A stretch of 64,000 nucleotides of DNA from NCBI GenBank assembly GCA_038087875.1, contig CM075993.1, forward strand, positions 8,868,001 through 8,932,000, read 5' to 3'. This DNA is from Malacoraja senta (taxonomy: Eukaryota). This document shows positions 60,668-64,000 of this stretch, piece by piece. A program made the translations under genes and the position numbers. Below the pieces are notes generated by a model that did not search any database, was not told the origin of the DNA, and saw nothing but the letters and a program-made list of their open reading frames with translations. Position 1 is the stretch's first letter. The number at the start of each line of letters is the position of its first letter.

Positions 60668-63600
60668 AATTTAGTTTAATGGTTTTAAGCAAGCTATAAT
60701 ACCAGACAGTGACAGCTTGAGGGAATATTGGGGGGGGATTGACAAATTGGGAGTATAAAGATGGAGTTGAAGGGGAAGTGGCTACAGGAAAAATTACAAA
60801 AGATTCTCGAATTAATGGGAAGGAAAGCTCGAGAAGGGACAACAGAGTAAGGTCAGGGCCAATTGCGAGCAGAGCGAGGGGAGAAGTGAATACGGAGGTC
60901 AAAGTGCTGTATATGAATGCACGAAGTATAAGGAATAAAGTGGACGAGCTTGATGCTCAGTTAGAAACCGGCAAGTATGATGTTGTGGGAATTGCTGGGA
61001 CATGGCTGCAAGAGGGCCAGGTCTGGGAACTGAATATTCAAGGGTATACCTCATATCGAAAAGACAGGTTAGCGGGGGGGGGGGGGGTTGCTCTGTTGGT
61101 GAGGAATGAAATTCAGTCCCTTGTAAGGGGTGACATTGAAACAGGAGATGTGGAGTCAGTATGGATAGAACTAAGGAATTGTAAGGATAAAAAGACCCCA
61201 ATGGTCTAATCTACAGGCCCCCAGACAATAGCCTGGACATAGGGCGCAAGTTGAATCAGGAGTTAAAATTGGCATGTAGCAAAAGTAATGCTGTGGTTGT
61301 TATGGGAGATTTCAACATGCAGGTAAACTGGGAAAATCAGGTTGGTACTGGTCCCCAAGAAAGGGACTTTGTGGAGTGCCTTCCTGATGGATTCTTAGAA
61401 CAGCTTGTATTGGAGCCTACCAGGGAGAAGGCAATTCTGGATTTAGTGTTATGTAATGAACCGGATTTGATAAAAAGACCTCGAGGTTAATGAGCCATTA
61501 AGAGGTAGTGACCATAACATGGTCAGGTTTAATCTACAATTGGAGAGGGAGAAGGGTAGATCGGAGGTGTCAGTGTTACGGTTGAATAAAGGGGACTATG
61601 GGGCCATGAGGGAGGAGCTGGCCAAAGTTGACTGGAAAGATACACTAGCAGGGATGACAGTGGAACAAAAATGGCAGGTATTTCTAGGAATAATACAGAC
61701 GGTGCAGGATCAGTTCATTCCTAGGAGGATGAAAGATTCCAAGGGGAGAAAGGGGCGACCATGGCCTACAAGGGATGCCAGGGACAGTATAAACATTAAA
61801 GCGAAGAAGTACAATGTAGCAATGATGAGCGGGATGCAAGAGCATTGGGTAATGTTTAAAGAACAACAGAAGATAACCTAAAAGACAATACGGGGAGAAA
61901 AGATGAGGTACGAAGCTAAGCGAGCCAAGAATATAAAGCAGGATAGTAAAAGCTTCTTTCAGTATGTGAAGAGGAAAACATTAGTTAAGACCAAAGTTGG
62001 ACCCTTGAAGACCGAAAAAGGTGAATTTATTATGGGGAACAAGGAAATGGCAGATGAGTTGAACAGGTACTTTGGATCTGTCTTCACTAAGGAGGACACA
62101 AACAATCTTCCTGATATAGTAGTGGCCAGAGGATCTGGGGTGACGGAGGAACTGAAGGAAATCCACATTAGGCAGGAAATGGTGTTAGAAACATAGAAAC
62201 ATAGAAATTAGGTGCAGGAGTAGGCCATTCGGCCCTTCGAGCCTGCACCATTCAAAATGATCATGGCTGATCATCCAACTCAGTATCCCGTACCTGCCTT
62301 CTCTCCATACCCTCTGATCCCTTTAGCCACAAAGGCCACATCTAACTCCCTCTTAAATATAGCCTGTTGGATAGACTGATGGGACTGAAGGATGATAAAT
62401 CCCCAGGGTCTGATGGTCTGCATCCCAGGGTACTTAAGGAAGTGGCTCTAGAAATTGTGGATGCATTGGTAATAATTTTCCAATGTTCTGTAGACTCAGG
62501 ATCAGTTCCTGCAGATTGGAGGATAGCTAATGTTATTTCACTTTTTAAGAAAGGCGGGAGAGAGAAAACAGGGAATTATAGACCATCGGTGGTGAGGAAG
62601 ATGCTGGAGTCAATTATAAAAGATGAAATAGCCGAACATTTGGATAACAGTAACAGGATGGAGTCAGCTTGGATTTACGAAGGGGAAATCATGCTTGACT
62701 AATCTTCTGGAATTTTTTGAAGTAACTAGGAAAATGGACAAGAGAGAGCCAGTGGATGTAGTGTACCTGGACTTTCAGAAAGCATTTGATAAGGTCCCAC
62801 ATAGGAGATTAGTGGGCAAAATTAGGGCACATGGTATTGGGGTTAGAGTGCTGACATAGATAGAGAAGTGGTTGGCAGACAGGAAAGAAAGAGTAGGGAT
62901 TAACGGATCCCTTTAAGAATGGCAGGCAGTGACTAGTGGGGTACCGCAAGGCTCGGTGCTGGGACCGCAGCTATTTACAATATACATCAATGATTTGAAT
63001 GAAGGGATTCAAAGTAACATTAGCAAATTTGCAGATGACACAAAGCTGGGTGGCAGTGTGAACTGTGATGAGGATGCAATGAGAATGCCGGATGACTTAG
63101 ACAGGTTGGGGGAGTGGGCAGATTCATGGCAGATGAAGTTTAATGCGGATAAATGTGAGGTTATCCACTTTGGTAGCAAAAACAGGAAAGCAGATTATTA
63201 TCTAAATGGCGTCAAGTTGGGAAAAGGGGAAGTACAATGGGATCTGGGGGTCCTTGTTCATCAGTTTATGAAAGTAAGCATGCAGGTACAGCAGGCAGTG
63301 AAGAAAGCGAATGGCATGTTGGCCTTTATAACAAGAGGAATTGAATATAGGAGCAAAGAGGTCCTTCTGCAGTAGTACAGAGCCCTAGTGAGTCCACACC
63401 TGGAGTATTGTGTGCAGTTTTGGTCCCCTAATTTGAGGAAGGACATTCTTGCTATTGAGGGAATGCAGCGTAGGTTTACAAGGTTAATTCCCGGGATGGC
63501 GGGACTGTCATATGCTGAGAGAATGCAGCAGCTGGGCTTGTACACTCTGGAGTTTAGAAGGATGAGAGGCTATCTCATTGAAACATATAAGATTGTTAAG

Positions 63601-63958
63601 GTTTTGGACACGCTAGAGGCAGGAAACATGTTCCCGATGTTGGGGGAGTCCAGAACCAGGGGCCACAGTTTAAGAATGAGGAGTAAGCCATTTCGAACGG
63701 AGACGAGGAAACACTTTTTCTCACAGAGAGTGGTGAGTCTGTAGAATTCTCTGCCTCAGAGGGTGGTGGAGGCAGGTTCTATGGATGCTTTCAAGAGAGA
63801 GCCAGATAGGGCTCTTAAAAATAGCGGAGTCAGGGGATATGGGGAGAAGGCAGGAACGGGGTACTGATTTGGGATGATCAGCCATGATCACATTGAATGG
63901 CGGTGCTGGCTCGAAGGGCCGAATGGCCTACTCCCGCACCTATTGTCTATTGTCTATT
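60668..63958 (+). mobile_element. CR1 LINE with nearly complete ORF2 (APE + RT), frameshifted
   Basis: MNARSIRNK, MGDFN, LDLVL, SDH, GVPQGSVLGP, SKFADDTK; (CTATTGT)n tail. Confidence 0.95.
62187..62364 (-). mobile_element. Short antisense CR1 3'-end fragment inserted in the CR1
   Basis: (AGAAACAT)n tail and CR1 3' UTR in reverse orientation; TGTT duplicated at the flanks. Confidence 0.8.
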
Positions 63959-64000
63959 ATTAAAATGGCAGGAATATATGATTATAGAATATCGTGATTT

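Noticed and set aside
58517..64000. Expected next short fibrillin exon (end of hybrid 2)
   Set aside because: No matching Cys-containing exon with splice sites found; probably beyond the window.

Overview
Eukaryotic vertebrate DNA; the repeat complement (HE1/V-SINE-like SINEs, CR1, Rex1/Babar, Neptune-type Penelope) suggests a cartilaginous fish such as a skate or ray (inference). The window holds 13 consecutive + strand coding exons of a fibrillin gene (TB1, Pro-rich hinge, EGF4, cbEGF3-6, TB2, cbEGF7-9, hybrid 2). All have GT-AG boundaries in phase 1, and the gene is most likely FBN1-like with some FBN2/3-type traits. The introns are packed with transposons, many nested: CR1, Rex1/Babar, L2, HERO-like, Penelope, Tc1, hAT, an Academ/Harbinger-like TIR element and a complete two-LTR Gypsy. 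The most striking observation is a 133-bp TSD-flanked retroposon (20915-21047, minus) whose first 54 nt fold into a complete minimal HDV/CPEB3-like self-cleaving ribozyme, i.e. a candidate ribozyme-headed SINE. Other highlights are many Penelope minimal-hammerhead motifs, a family of GC-rich non-coding retroposons that share a body but carry different LINE-type 3' hairpin tails, and a CTCF-like site inside a DNA transposon. All family assignments come from recognising motifs by eye; no searches were run.
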